Source of the DNA: Methanococcus maripaludis
GTDB lineage: Archaea; AGJL01; Methanococci; Methanococcales; Methanococcaceae
Assembly: GCF_002945325.1 (NCBI RefSeq)
Contig: NZ_CP026606.1
Span: 330,001 to 362,000, forward strand
Direction: 5' to 3'
Length of the DNA: 32,000 nucleotides
The notes beneath the pieces were generated by a model that was not told where the DNA came from, did no database searches, and saw only the letters and a program-made list of their open reading frames with translations. The position numbers and the translations under genes are program-made. How positions within the stretch are numbered: position 1 is the first letter of the stretch; each line of letters starts with the position of its first letter. Shown here in pieces: positions 9,078-17,307 of this stretch.

Positions 9078-9215
9078 ATGGAAAATTTAAAAAAAGAGAA
9101 AAAAGAAAATATTTTAGAAAGAATTCTCGTTAAAATTTCAAAAAAAATAGTGAAAGCCAGCTGCTCATGCTGTAGCGAGAAGAAAAACTGCAAAGGAAAG
9201 TGTAATACGGAATAA
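9078..9215 (+). CDS. Small Cys-rich protein (45 aa) between feoA and feoB
   Basis: Below the track cutoff. Hand translation: MENLKKEKKENILERILVKISKKIVKASCSCCSEKKNCKGKCNTE*, five cysteines in the last 17 residues. Ends just before the feoB ribosome binding site. Confidence 0.7.
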   Translation: MENLKKEKKENILERILVKISKKIVKASCSCCSEKKNCKGKCNTE

Positions 9216-9230
9216 AAACTGGTGAATATG

Positions 9231-11174
9231 ATGGATGAGAAGAATATTATTGCACTGCTTGGTCAACCAAACGTTGGAAAAACTACCCTTTTCAACCACC
9301 TAACCGGAATGAAACAGAGAATCGGAAACTGGCCTGGCGTTACTGTTGAAAAAAAGGAAGGGTTCTTTAAAAAAAATAGTGAAAGCTACATTGTAGTCGA
9401 TTTACCAGGAATATATTCATTGATGTCGGATTCGATAGATCAAAAGATTGCAAGAGACTATCTCATCGAAAATAATGAAATAACAGTTATTGATGTAATC
9501 GACACCCCGAATATAAACAGGAACCTTTATTTGACGATACAACTTTTAGACCTTGGAATAAGCCCAATTTTATGCCTAAATTTAATCGATGAAGCGGAAA
9601 AATTTGGTATTTTTATAAATGATCAAAAACTGAGTGAAAAATTAGGTGTTCCAGTTATAAGGACTTCTGGAAGACATAAAATCGGAATTGATAACTTAAA
9701 AGAAACAATTTACAAATACAAAGCGGGTGAACCTGTAAAAATTACATATTCGCCACTTTTGGAAGAAAATATCGAAAAAATAATCAATAAATTAGAAAAT
9801 ACTCAGTATAATATCAGTGAAACCTATGAAAGGCTTCCTAAAAGATGGATTGCAATATCACTTCTTGAAAAAGACCCTGATGTCGTAAATGAATTTTCAA
9901 AATATCCAGAATTTATAAAATATGTAAAAGACATGAAACTTGAAATAGAGGACGAAATAAAACATGACGTTGAAAGCTACATTGTAGAACAGAGATACAA
10001 AAAATGTGATGAGATTTTAGCAGGCGTCATGGTAAATAGCGAATTATATGAAGATATAGATACAATTGTAATTCACCCAATTTACGGATTCATGATATTT
10101 GCTGTAGTACTCTACACCATGTACAACTTCGTATTTGGTGTTGGGGACATTTTTGCAGGATTTATAGGTACATTCTTTGAAATACTTGGAAATTATTTGA
10201 TGACTATCCTTCCACAATCACTTTCTGGAGTAATTGTTGATGGATTACTTGCAGGAGTTGGAGGAGTACTCGAATTCTTCCCAATAGTATTCTTGATAAT
10301 GTTTTCGCTATCAATTCTTGAAGATACAGGCTATTTATCAAGAGTTACTGCACTGACACATTCGATCATGTCTAAAATAGGATTAAGCGGAAAATCATTT
10401 ATCCCATTAATTACAGGTTTTGGATGCAGTGTTCCTGCATTAATGGGTACGAGGTTTATCTCAAGCCATAAAGAAAGGTTAATTACGCTTTTAGTAACGC
10501 CCCTTGTTCCATGCTCTGCAAGATTTGTTATAATCGGATTTTTTGCATCATTTTTCTTCATAGAACATGCTGCACTTTTTACATTAAGCATTCTTGCAAT
10601 TACATTTGCACTGCTCTTTTTGGTGTCATACGTATTAAGTAAATTCATGAAAGGTGAATCTGAAGAATACATCTTTGAATTACCCCCATACAGGATTCCA
10701 GATTGGGACAATATTATTAAAATGACCTGGGAAAAAAGCAAAGAATTTCTAAAAAAAGCAGGAACCGTTATTGCCGCAGGTTCCATTTTATTCTATGGAC
10801 TTGTAAATTACCCCTCTCCCGATGCAAATTACGCCGCAGTTGTTGGAAAAATACTCGAACATGTAACGATTTACATGGGGCTTGACTGGAGAGCTGCTAT
10901 ATCCCTCGTATTTGGAATATTTGCAAAAGAACTTGTTGTTTCAAGTTTTAGCATACTGTATCCAGAAAATATCTCGGCAGCATTCAGCCCATTAAAAGCT
11001 TTCGTATTAACGCTTGTTTCGGTACTTTATATTCCCTGCCTTGCAACGCTTGCAACACTATACCTTGAAACGAGAAGTTTGAAATGGACTGCCTTTGGAA
11101 TAGGTTACAATTTAGCACTTGCAACAGTTGTTGGAATAATAACATATAACCTTGGAACACTTCTTGGATTTTAA
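9231..11174 (+). CDS. feoB: Ferrous iron transport protein B, GTPase plus membrane permease
   Basis: LLGQPNVGKTTLFNHLTG (G1), DLPGIYSL (G3), NLIDEAE (G4-like), Gate motifs VPALMGTRF and PCSARFVIIGFF. The tracked GTG start (9222) lies within GGTGA; ATG at 9228/9231 is more plausible. Confidence 0.95.
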   Translation: MDEKNIIALLGQPNVGKTTLFNHLTGMKQRIGNWPGVTVEKKEGFFKKNSESYIVVDLPGIYSLMSDSIDQKIARDYLIENNEITVIDVIDTPNINRNLYLTIQLLDLGISPILCLNLIDEAEKFGIFINDQKLSEKLGVPVIRTSGRHKIGIDNLKETIYKYKAGEPVKITYSPLLEENIEKIINKLENTQYNISETYERLPKRWIAISLLEKDPDVVNEFSKYPEFIKYVKDMKLEIEDEIKHDVESYIVEQRYKKCDEILAGVMVNSELYEDIDTIVIHPIYGFMIFAVVLYTMYNFVFGVGDIFAGFIGTFFEILGNYLMTILPQSLSGVIVDGLLAGVGGVLEFFPIVFLIMFSLSILEDTGYLSRVTALTHSIMSKIGLSGKSFIPLITGFGCSVPALMGTRFISSHKERLITLLVTPLVPCSARFVIIGFFASFFFIEHAALFTLSILAITFALLFLVSYVLSKFMKGESEEYIFELPPYRIPDWDNIIKMTWEKSKEFLKKAGTVIAAGSILFYGLVNYPSPDANYAAVVGKILEHVTIYMGLDWRAAISLVFGIFAKELVVSSFSILYPENISAAFSPLKAFVLTLVSVLYIPCLATLATLYLETRSLKWTAFGIGYNLALATVVGIITYNLGTLLGF

Positions 11175-11268
11175 TCCCGACCTTACTTTTTTTTACTTTG
11201 ACCATTTAGAAAAAATTTTATACCATTTTAAATCAGGTTTGTATTATACTATATTTGAGGAGATAATT

Positions 11269-11877
11269 ATGGATATAACGATTAGATTGGAAGATAAAAG
11301 TGATTTTAAAACTGTGGAAAATATAACAAGAGAAGCTTTTTGGGACGTATATCGACCAGGATGTGAAGAACATTTAGTTCTCCATAAATTAAGAAAAACA
11401 GATGTTTTTATTAAAGAACTGGATTTTATTGCTCTTGAAGGTGAAACTATTGTTGGAAATATTATTTATTCGATTGCAGATGTAATTAATAAAAATGATG
11501 AAAAATTTAAAATATTATGCATGGGACCTATTTCTGTGCTTCCTAATTATCAGGGTAAGGGGATTGGAACTCTCTTAATGAACCATTCCATCAAAGTTGC
11601 TAGAAAATTAAGATATCCTGGAATAATAATTTTTGGAAATCCCAATTATTACCATCGATTTGGTTTTAAAAATGCTAAAAATTACGACATCCAAACTTCA
11701 GAAGGCGAAAATTTCGAAGAATTTATGGCACTTGAATTAAATGAAGGTTCTCTTTATAATATTTCAGGCAAATTCTATGTAAATCCAGTTTTCATAGTTA
11801 CTGAGGAAGAATTGAAAATTTTTGAAAAAGAGTTTCCATATAAAGAGAAACATGTTAAAGATTCTCAATTAAAATAA
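11269..11877 (+). CDS. GNAT-family N-acetyltransferase
   Basis: ISVLPNYQGKGIGTLLMNHSIKVARKLRYPGIIIFGNPNYYHRFGF. ATG at 11269 follows GAGGAGATAATT; the tracked start at 11152 overlaps feoB and is unlikely. Confidence 0.85.
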   Translation: MDITIRLEDKSDFKTVENITREAFWDVYRPGCEEHLVLHKLRKTDVFIKELDFIALEGETIVGNIIYSIADVINKNDEKFKILCMGPISVLPNYQGKGIGTLLMNHSIKVARKLRYPGIIIFGNPNYYHRFGFKNAKNYDIQTSEGENFEEFMALELNEGSLYNISGKFYVNPVFIVTEEELKIFEKEFPYKEKHVKDSQLK

Positions 11878-11978
11878 GACTTTTATTCAAGGCGTAATTA
11901 ATTTAGATATTTTAATATAGTAATAATAATTAATATTTTTAAAAGCATTAATAAATTAAATAATATAAAAAAAGAAAA

Positions 11979-12377
11979 TTAATTAGATTCTATTGTAATA
12001 GCAACTTTTAAAGCGTTTTCAACGTTTTTACCGCTAATTTTTTCATCAACTGACGCTAAATCATTTAACTTTTCAGTTATAGATTCAGAAATCAATTGTA
12101 CTAATTCAGCAGGTGCTATTGCAGAATAAAGGTACGGTTTTTTACCGAGGCCTTCTCTATCCATTTTCTTTCGAATAACGTACTCTTCATTGTACATTTC
12201 AAATATTGATTCTCGAATAGTTGACGGGTATACTCCAGTTCCTTTCGCTATTTCTTCCACAGTGCTTTGTGGATTCATTCTTAAAAATATGTATATTTTT
12301 GCCCTAACTTCACTTGATAAAAGGGAAGATACATTGGCAATTAATGTTTTTTCGACACTCAGAATAGTTTTACTCAT
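11979..12377 (-). CDS. Winged-helix transcriptional regulator, TrmB/ArsR-like
   Basis: LLSSEVRAKIYIFLRMNPQSTVEEIAKGTGVYPSTIRESIFEMYNEEYVIRKK is a wHTH. Confidence 0.75.
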   Translation of the reverse strand: MSKTILSVEKTLIANVSSLLSSEVRAKIYIFLRMNPQSTVEEIAKGTGVYPSTIRESIFEMYNEEYVIRKKMDREGLGKKPYLYSAIAPAELVQLISESITEKLNDLASVDEKISGKNVENALKVAITIESN

Positions 12378-12544
12378 ATTGACACCAAAATATTTTCGTT
12401 GGATTTATGTTCTTTGGATTTGGGTAAATAGTTATATATAAATAATGGCCTCAAAAGTATATTACTTTTCAAGATATATAAAGGGGTATTCGATTTTTTA
12501 TTGTTGACCCCTAACAAAAAAGTTATTTGGCGTTAATAAAGTAT

Positions 12545-12751
12545 TTATTTTTCAATCATGACCGAAGTCGATTTTACTAATGCAGTTACCGTATCTCCAA
12601 CTTTTAAGCCAAGTTCTTTTTCTGCGTCAAGTGTAATTACTGAAACAATTGTATTTCCTCCACCAATGTCCACTTTGACTTTTGCAACTACCTGCCCCTC
12701 CACAATTTCAAGTATTTTTCCAGTAAACTGATTTCTAATACTCATTTTCAT
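12545..12751 (-). CDS. Molbindin-like (Mop/TOBE domain) molybdate-binding protein
   Basis: 68-aa single domain MKMSIRNQFTGKILEIVEGQVVAKVKVDIGGGNTIVSVITLDAEKELGLKVGDTVTALVKSTSVMI. Confidence 0.88.
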   Translation of the reverse strand: MKMSIRNQFTGKILEIVEGQVVAKVKVDIGGGNTIVSVITLDAEKELGLKVGDTVTALVKSTSVMIEK

Positions 12752-12863
12752 ATATATCCCCCGTTTAAGATTATTTATTTATGATATAATTTTGAATTTA
12801 ACAACATATAAACTTTCCAGTATTAAGATAACCTTTTTATATTTGGTTACGATAGTAATGATG

Positions 12864-12900
12864 TTATGGTACGGCCATAATTTGGACATTTCTCCAAATT
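12864..12900. promoter_or_regulatory. Two adjacent inverted repeats in the intergenic region between mop-like gene and rpl34e
   Basis: TTATGG-TACGG-CCATAA (12864-12880) and AATTTGGA-CATTTC-TCCAAATT (12879-12900; perfect 8-bp arms). Confidence 0.4.
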
Positions 12901-13074
12901 TTGTTTTCTCTGCGATTTTTTAAAAATTAAACCTGCAGTGAATGCTATTTTTTTGAATTGAATTCTTTAAAATGGTGTAAAAAATGGCCAATATAGAAAA
13001 TACCCTAAAATGTACCTAAACTTTATATACTTTTAAGTAAAATAGATTTTGGAAAACCATTTGGAGGTTATACT

Positions 13075-13344
13075 ATGCCTGCCCCAAGATATAAGTCAGG
13101 TTCATCTAAAAAAGTGTACAGAAAAGCACCTGGAAACAGTTCAATCGTGCACTATAGAAGAAAAAAACAATCAAAAGCTGTATGTGGTGCTTGCGGTGCT
13201 TTATTAAATGGAGTACCTAGAGGAAGAGCAGTAGAAATCACAAAATTAGCTAAAACAGAAAAAAGACCAGAAAGACCATTTGGTGGCAACTTGTGCCCAA
13301 AATGTGTTAAAAAAATGATGGTCGCAAAAGCTAGGAACTTCTAA
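13075..13344 (+). CDS. rpl34e: 50S ribosomal protein L34e
   Basis: MPAPRYKSGSSKKVYRKAPGNSSIVHYRRKK...CGACGALLNGVPRG, GGNLCPKCVKKMM. Confidence 0.95.
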   Translation: MPAPRYKSGSSKKVYRKAPGNSSIVHYRRKKQSKAVCGACGALLNGVPRGRAVEITKLAKTEKRPERPFGGNLCPKCVKKMMVAKARNF

Positions 13345-13353
13345 GGTGCTAAA

Positions 13354-13890
13354 ATGATAATTACCGTTGGAGGATTGCCGGGTACAGGGACTACAACGAC
13401 TTCTAAGTTACTTTCAGAAAAGTATGGGTTAAACCATGTCTGTGCAGGATTTATCTTCAGAGACATGGCAAAAGAAATGAATATGACCCTTCAAGAATTC
13501 AGCAGTTATGCAGAAACAAACACTGAAGTTGACAACGAAATTGACAGAAGACAGGTTGAGGCAGCTCAATCAGGGGATTTAATCCTTGAAGGTAGACTTG
13601 CTGGATGGATCCTCAAAAGAAGTGACATAAAACCGGATTTAAGCATTTGGCTTAAAGCAGACCCGATGGTAAGATGCATTAGGATCAGCGAACGTGAAAA
13701 CGAGAACGTTGATCTAGCACTTGAAAAAATGATTTCAAGAGAAACTAGCGAAAAGAAACGATATAAAGAAATATATAATATCGAAATTGATGACTTATCA
13801 ATATACGATTTAACAATCGAGTCCTCGAAATGGGACGCTAAAGGGGTATTTAATATCATCGAAAAAGCCATTGACAACTTGAAAGCTTAG
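13354..13890 (+). CDS. cmk: Cytidylate kinase (archaeal)
   Basis: [52 protein letters not shown]; located between L34e and L14e as in other euryarchaea. Confidence 0.93.
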   Translation: MIITVGGLPGTGTTTTSKLLSEKYGLNHVCAGFIFRDMAKEMNMTLQEFSSYAETNTEVDNEIDRRQVEAAQSGDLILEGRLAGWILKRSDIKPDLSIWLKADPMVRCIRISERENENVDLALEKMISRETSEKKRYKEIYNIEIDDLSIYDLTIESSKWDAKGVFNIIEKAIDNLKA

Positions 13891-13972
13891 ATGGTAGTAA
13901 ATCTCTCTGTTTGAAGTATGACATGTGATTGGCGACATTCGCATTAACAAAAAATAAGATGAGGTAATAATT

Positions 13973-14206
13973 ATGGCAGCAATTGAAGTAGGAAGAGTTT
14001 GCATTAAAACTTTAGGAAGAGAAGCAGGAAACACCTGTGTTATCGTTGAAGTATTAGACAAAAACTTTGTAGTTATCGACGGTAGCGTTAAAAGAAGAAG
14101 ATGCAACTTAAAACACGTTGAACCAACCGACAAAAAAGTTGACTTGGAAAAAGCAGCTTCAACCGAAGAAGTTAAGTTAGCTTTAGATGCGGCAGGCTTA
14201 TTATAA
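13973..14206 (+). CDS. rpl14e: 50S ribosomal protein L14e
   Basis: MAAIEVGRVCIKTLGREAGNTCVIVEVLDKNFVVIDGSVKRRRCNLKHVEP. Confidence 0.95.
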   Translation: MAAIEVGRVCIKTLGREAGNTCVIVEVLDKNFVVIDGSVKRRRCNLKHVEPTDKKVDLEKAASTEEVKLALDAAGLL

Positions 14207-14325
14207 CTCCAAATCAGTGCTAAAATCGCACTTAAATTTCTTTTTTTTTAGAATATTTAAAAAAATTTAAAACTGTTTTAATACATCAAACTAAATTTAA
14301 AAAAAGAGAATTTATTTTCAAAAAA

Positions 14326-14727
14326 TTAATCATCTGTTTCAACTAAGCTTCCAGCGTCAGGTCCAGGTTTTACACTGTATATACTTGTAATTGTGATAAC
14401 AATTGCACCTTTTGGGGTTAATCCTGGAACTTTTACTTTGTTTAATTCTTTTGCTTTTTCAAAGTATTCTCCGTCAGTTACGATTTCAGCTTTTCCTTTG
14501 TACTGGAATGGGTGTGATCTACAGTTTGCAACGTTTATTGCAACTACGGGGTTTTCTTTAATGTTATCAAGTGTTTTTTTCATGAAATTGTCTGAAATTA
14601 CGAGTTTGTCTCCAACGAACTGGTTTGCACCCATTGGAGCTACATTTGGAACTCCATCTTTTGAAGATGTTGCTAAAAATAAAAGACCAGTTATCTCAGT
14701 TTTCATTTCTTCTGTTAATTTAACCAT
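14326..14727 (-). CDS. Pyridoxamine 5'-phosphate oxidase-like FMN-binding protein
   Basis: LLFLATSSKDGVPNVAPMGANQFVGDKLVISDNFMKKTLDNIKENPVVAI, typical split-barrel flavin fold. Confidence 0.8.
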   Translation of the reverse strand: MVKLTEEMKTEITGLLFLATSSKDGVPNVAPMGANQFVGDKLVISDNFMKKTLDNIKENPVVAINVANCRSHPFQYKGKAEIVTDGEYFEKAKELNKVKVPGLTPKGAIVITITSIYSVKPGPDAGSLVETDD

Positions 14728-14790
14728 TTATATCCCCTTTTCTATTTTTATTTCCATTTTAATTTTTGATTTGTAATTATTTAAACTTAA

Positions 14791-15459
14791 TTATCCCTGT
14801 TTTGGCGTTGGAAGGTAAGGTGTTATAAAATCGATGAAACTTTCGATATTTCTAGTTTGAATATAAATTTTACCAGTTCCGCTGAAGTTGTAGACTAAAC
14901 CTTCACCACCAAGAAGTGTTGATTTTAAACCGCCAACTTTTCCAAGATTATAACTTAAATCTCCAGTAAATGCAACCAAGTTTCCGTTGTCAACCATTAT
15001 TGATTCGTTATTTAAGTCTATTTCTTCAACTGCGCCATATGATGATAAAAATACATCTCCAGAACCTTCAATTTTCATTAAAAATAGACCTTTTCCACCG
15101 AAAAATGTTTTACCGCCACCAAATTTGGTATCAATTGATAAATCTGATGAAGATGCTAAATATGCACCGCTACTTGCATATAATGTTCCATTGAGTTCGT
15201 GGTGAACAATATCTCCAGAATAACCGGGTGCAAGTGCAATTTTTCCTGAACCGCTTAATTTATTCATGAATATGCTTTCCCCAACAACAGCTCTTTTTAA
15301 AACTCCTAAAACTCCCCCCTTAGCAGAAGTTTCGATATTTACACCATTATCTTTATAAACCATCGAACCTGTTTCAGTCATTATTTCCTGATCTTTCAAG
15401 TTTATTTTTAAAAGAGAGTATGAAGGCCTGCTCGTTATTTCAAAATCGTAGTCTGCCAT
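14791..15459 (-). CDS. AIM24 / TIGR00266 family protein
   Basis: KDQEIMTETGSMVYKDNGVNIETSAKGG, GSGKIALAPGYSGDIVHHELNG, GGKGLFLMKIEGSGDVFLSSYG. The likely start MADYDF at 15459 follows GGTG. Confidence 0.82.
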   Translation of the reverse strand: MADYDFEITSRPSYSLLKINLKDQEIMTETGSMVYKDNGVNIETSAKGGVLGVLKRAVVGESIFMNKLSGSGKIALAPGYSGDIVHHELNGTLYASSGAYLASSSDLSIDTKFGGGKTFFGGKGLFLMKIEGSGDVFLSSYGAVEEIDLNNESIMVDNGNLVAFTGDLSYNLGKVGGLKSTLLGGEGLVYNFSGTGKIYIQTRNIESFIDFITPYLPTPKQG

Positions 15460-15523
15460 GATTTTCACCAATCTAGTTCTTTATATTAATATAAAAAGTA
15501 TATTTTATATATCTTCGCTTTAT

Positions 15524-16444
15524 TTATTTTTTAAATCTTAATTTGTAGAGTTTTTTAGATAAATCTACCAATAAATCTTTATTTTGAAGACCTGCTATCC
15601 AAAGTTCAGGAATATTCGATACCCCATAATAAGCTCCTGCAATTGCACCATACATGCTTCCCATGCTGTCAGTGTCCCCTCCAGCATTTACACATGAAAT
15701 CATTCCATCTTTAAACGTATCAGTTCTTAAAAATGTTGCAATTGCTGATGGAACACATTCAATTGCAGGAAGGCCAGTATCAAATAACTCATAAGCATCA
15801 TTTGCTGAATTTAAATCATTTATAAGAAGTATCTTTTCTGAAAAGTCGTAAGAAACATCTTCAATAAATTTTGCACATCTTTTGATGGATTTTTCCGATT
15901 TTACATTGTTTACAGATTCTGCAACAAAAAATGCAATCGAAAGAGCACCTGCAATTGCTTCATCATTATTGTGGGTTAATTTTGTAGCTTTAATTGTAAT
16001 TTCTTTTAATTTATCATATTCTCCAAAATAAAAAAGTCCTAAAGGCCCAACTCTCATTGAAGAGCCACATGTTCTCGAATCACACCCCGTAGTGTCCCCA
16101 TTAATTAATTTTTCGATTGCCTTTGTACTCGTTGGCCCCATTCCAACTGGATTATTGTTGTACCATTTTATAAGTTCTTTAATAAAAATATCGTTATTAA
16201 ATCCCCTTACATCAAAAGAATTTAGTATTGCAATTGTTTGATCCGTATCGTCAGTATATTGTCCTGCTTTTAAAATTCCGTTAAATTTATTTTTGGGATC
16301 TACAAAATTGTCGATTAAACCATATTTTTCTGCGATTTCTTCTTTTGTAAACCATTCTGTTGGCATGCCGAGCGCATCGCCTATTGAAAGCCCCAAAATG
16401 CTTCCCTCAAACTTTTCAAGCATTTTGTCCATAATATCCCTCAA
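15524..16444 (-). CDS. ADP-ribosylglycohydrolase family protein
   Basis: GLSIGDALGMPTEWF, GQYTDDTDQTIAIL, LTHNNDEAIAGALSIAFF, CVNAGGDTDSMGSMYGAIAGAYYG. Confidence 0.92.
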   Translation of the reverse strand: MRDIMDKMLEKFEGSILGLSIGDALGMPTEWFTKEEIAEKYGLIDNFVDPKNKFNGILKAGQYTDDTDQTIAILNSFDVRGFNNDIFIKELIKWYNNNPVGMGPTSTKAIEKLINGDTTGCDSRTCGSSMRVGPLGLFYFGEYDKLKEITIKATKLTHNNDEAIAGALSIAFFVAESVNNVKSEKSIKRCAKFIEDVSYDFSEKILLINDLNSANDAYELFDTGLPAIECVPSAIATFLRTDTFKDGMISCVNAGGDTDSMGSMYGAIAGAYYGVSNIPELWIAGLQNKDLLVDLSKKLYKLRFKK

Positions 16445-16478
16445 AACATTTATAATTAAAAATAACTATATTTAAATC

Positions 16479-17288
16479 ATGGTAAAAATAGGTTGCTCAT
16501 CGCTGTTTTTTTGGGAATATGATATTGGAGAAATTGTAGATATATTCTTAGAAATCGGCTTAAAAAATATGGAATTTTTTCCAGAAAATCCCGAATTTTG
16601 GAAAAAAAGAAATGATTTAGATTATATAAATAATGTTAAGACTGAACTATCAAAATTAGATGTAACTATCCATGCCCCATATATCGAGCTAAATTCCTCT
16701 TCGACAAACGAAAATATAAGGCTCGTTACGTTAATGGAAACATTTTGGGCAATTGATCTCTCAAAAAAATTTAAATCAGAACTTTTGACAATACATCCTG
16801 GAAAAAGACCCACAGCAAGAATTCCGACAGATGAAGAGTACAATAATTTCGATGATTATTTAGAAAAATCGATAAATTATGCATTAAAAAATGAAATAAC
16901 CCTTTGTCTTGAAAATTCTCCTGAAAAAATAAACAATATCTGCCACAACATTGAATCGATGAAAAAAACGCTTGATAAATTTGAAAAACTGTACATGACT
17001 CTCGATATTGCGCATGCACGTGAAAATTCACTTGATTTTATCAAAAATTTCCACAAAAAAATTAAAAATATGCATATTTCAGGTGTAAATTCAAAAGACC
17101 ACTACCCATTGAGTGAATCCAGAATAAATTTCGATGAAACACTAAATTCACTTTTAAATGAATATAATTACCAAGGGGCCTTGAATTTTGAATTAAACGA
17201 TTTAATATATGATAAAACTCTTTTAAAACAGGAAAAAATAGATATTATAATTAATGAAGTTCAATACCTTGAAAAAATAATTGAATAA
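16479..17288 (+). CDS. Sugar phosphate isomerase/epimerase, AP-endonuclease-2-like TIM barrel protein
   Basis: NMEFFPENPEFW, VTIHAPYIELNSSS, LLTIHPGKRP, CLENSPEKI, LYMTLDIAHARE, IKNMHISGVNSKDHYPLSE. Confidence 0.82.
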   Translation: MVKIGCSSLFFWEYDIGEIVDIFLEIGLKNMEFFPENPEFWKKRNDLDYINNVKTELSKLDVTIHAPYIELNSSSTNENIRLVTLMETFWAIDLSKKFKSELLTIHPGKRPTARIPTDEEYNNFDDYLEKSINYALKNEITLCLENSPEKINNICHNIESMKKTLDKFEKLYMTLDIAHARENSLDFIKNFHKKIKNMHISGVNSKDHYPLSESRINFDETLNSLLNEYNYQGALNFELNDLIYDKTLLKQEKIDIIINEVQYLEKIIE

Positions 17289-17307
17289 ACTAAAAATTAA
17301 AATATTT

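Noticed and set aside
12881-12898. TTTGGA-N6-TCCAAA as an NrpR nitrogen operator, since nrpR is in the window
   Set aside because: The known NrpR operator pattern is GGAA-N6-TTCC. Here the GGA and TCC triplets are only 6 apart instead of 8 and the adjoining bases do not match.
12984-13019. Tiny ORF MANIENTLKCT preceded by GGTG upstream of rpl34e
   Set aside because: Only 11 codons and upstream of the likely rpl34e TATA box, so not a plausible leader peptide of that transcript; probably chance.
13891-13972. Gap between cmk and rpl14e as a C/D-box sRNA
   Set aside because: No convincing RUGAUGA/CUGA box pair; the only local stem found is a very short GCGA/TCGC hairpin.
15524-17288. ADP-ribosylglycohydrolase next to a TIM-barrel isomerase as an ADP-ribosylation toxin-antitoxin or nitrogenase-regulating pair
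   Set aside because: The genes are divergent, no ADP-ribosyltransferase is visible in the window, and both look like stand-alone housekeeping genes.
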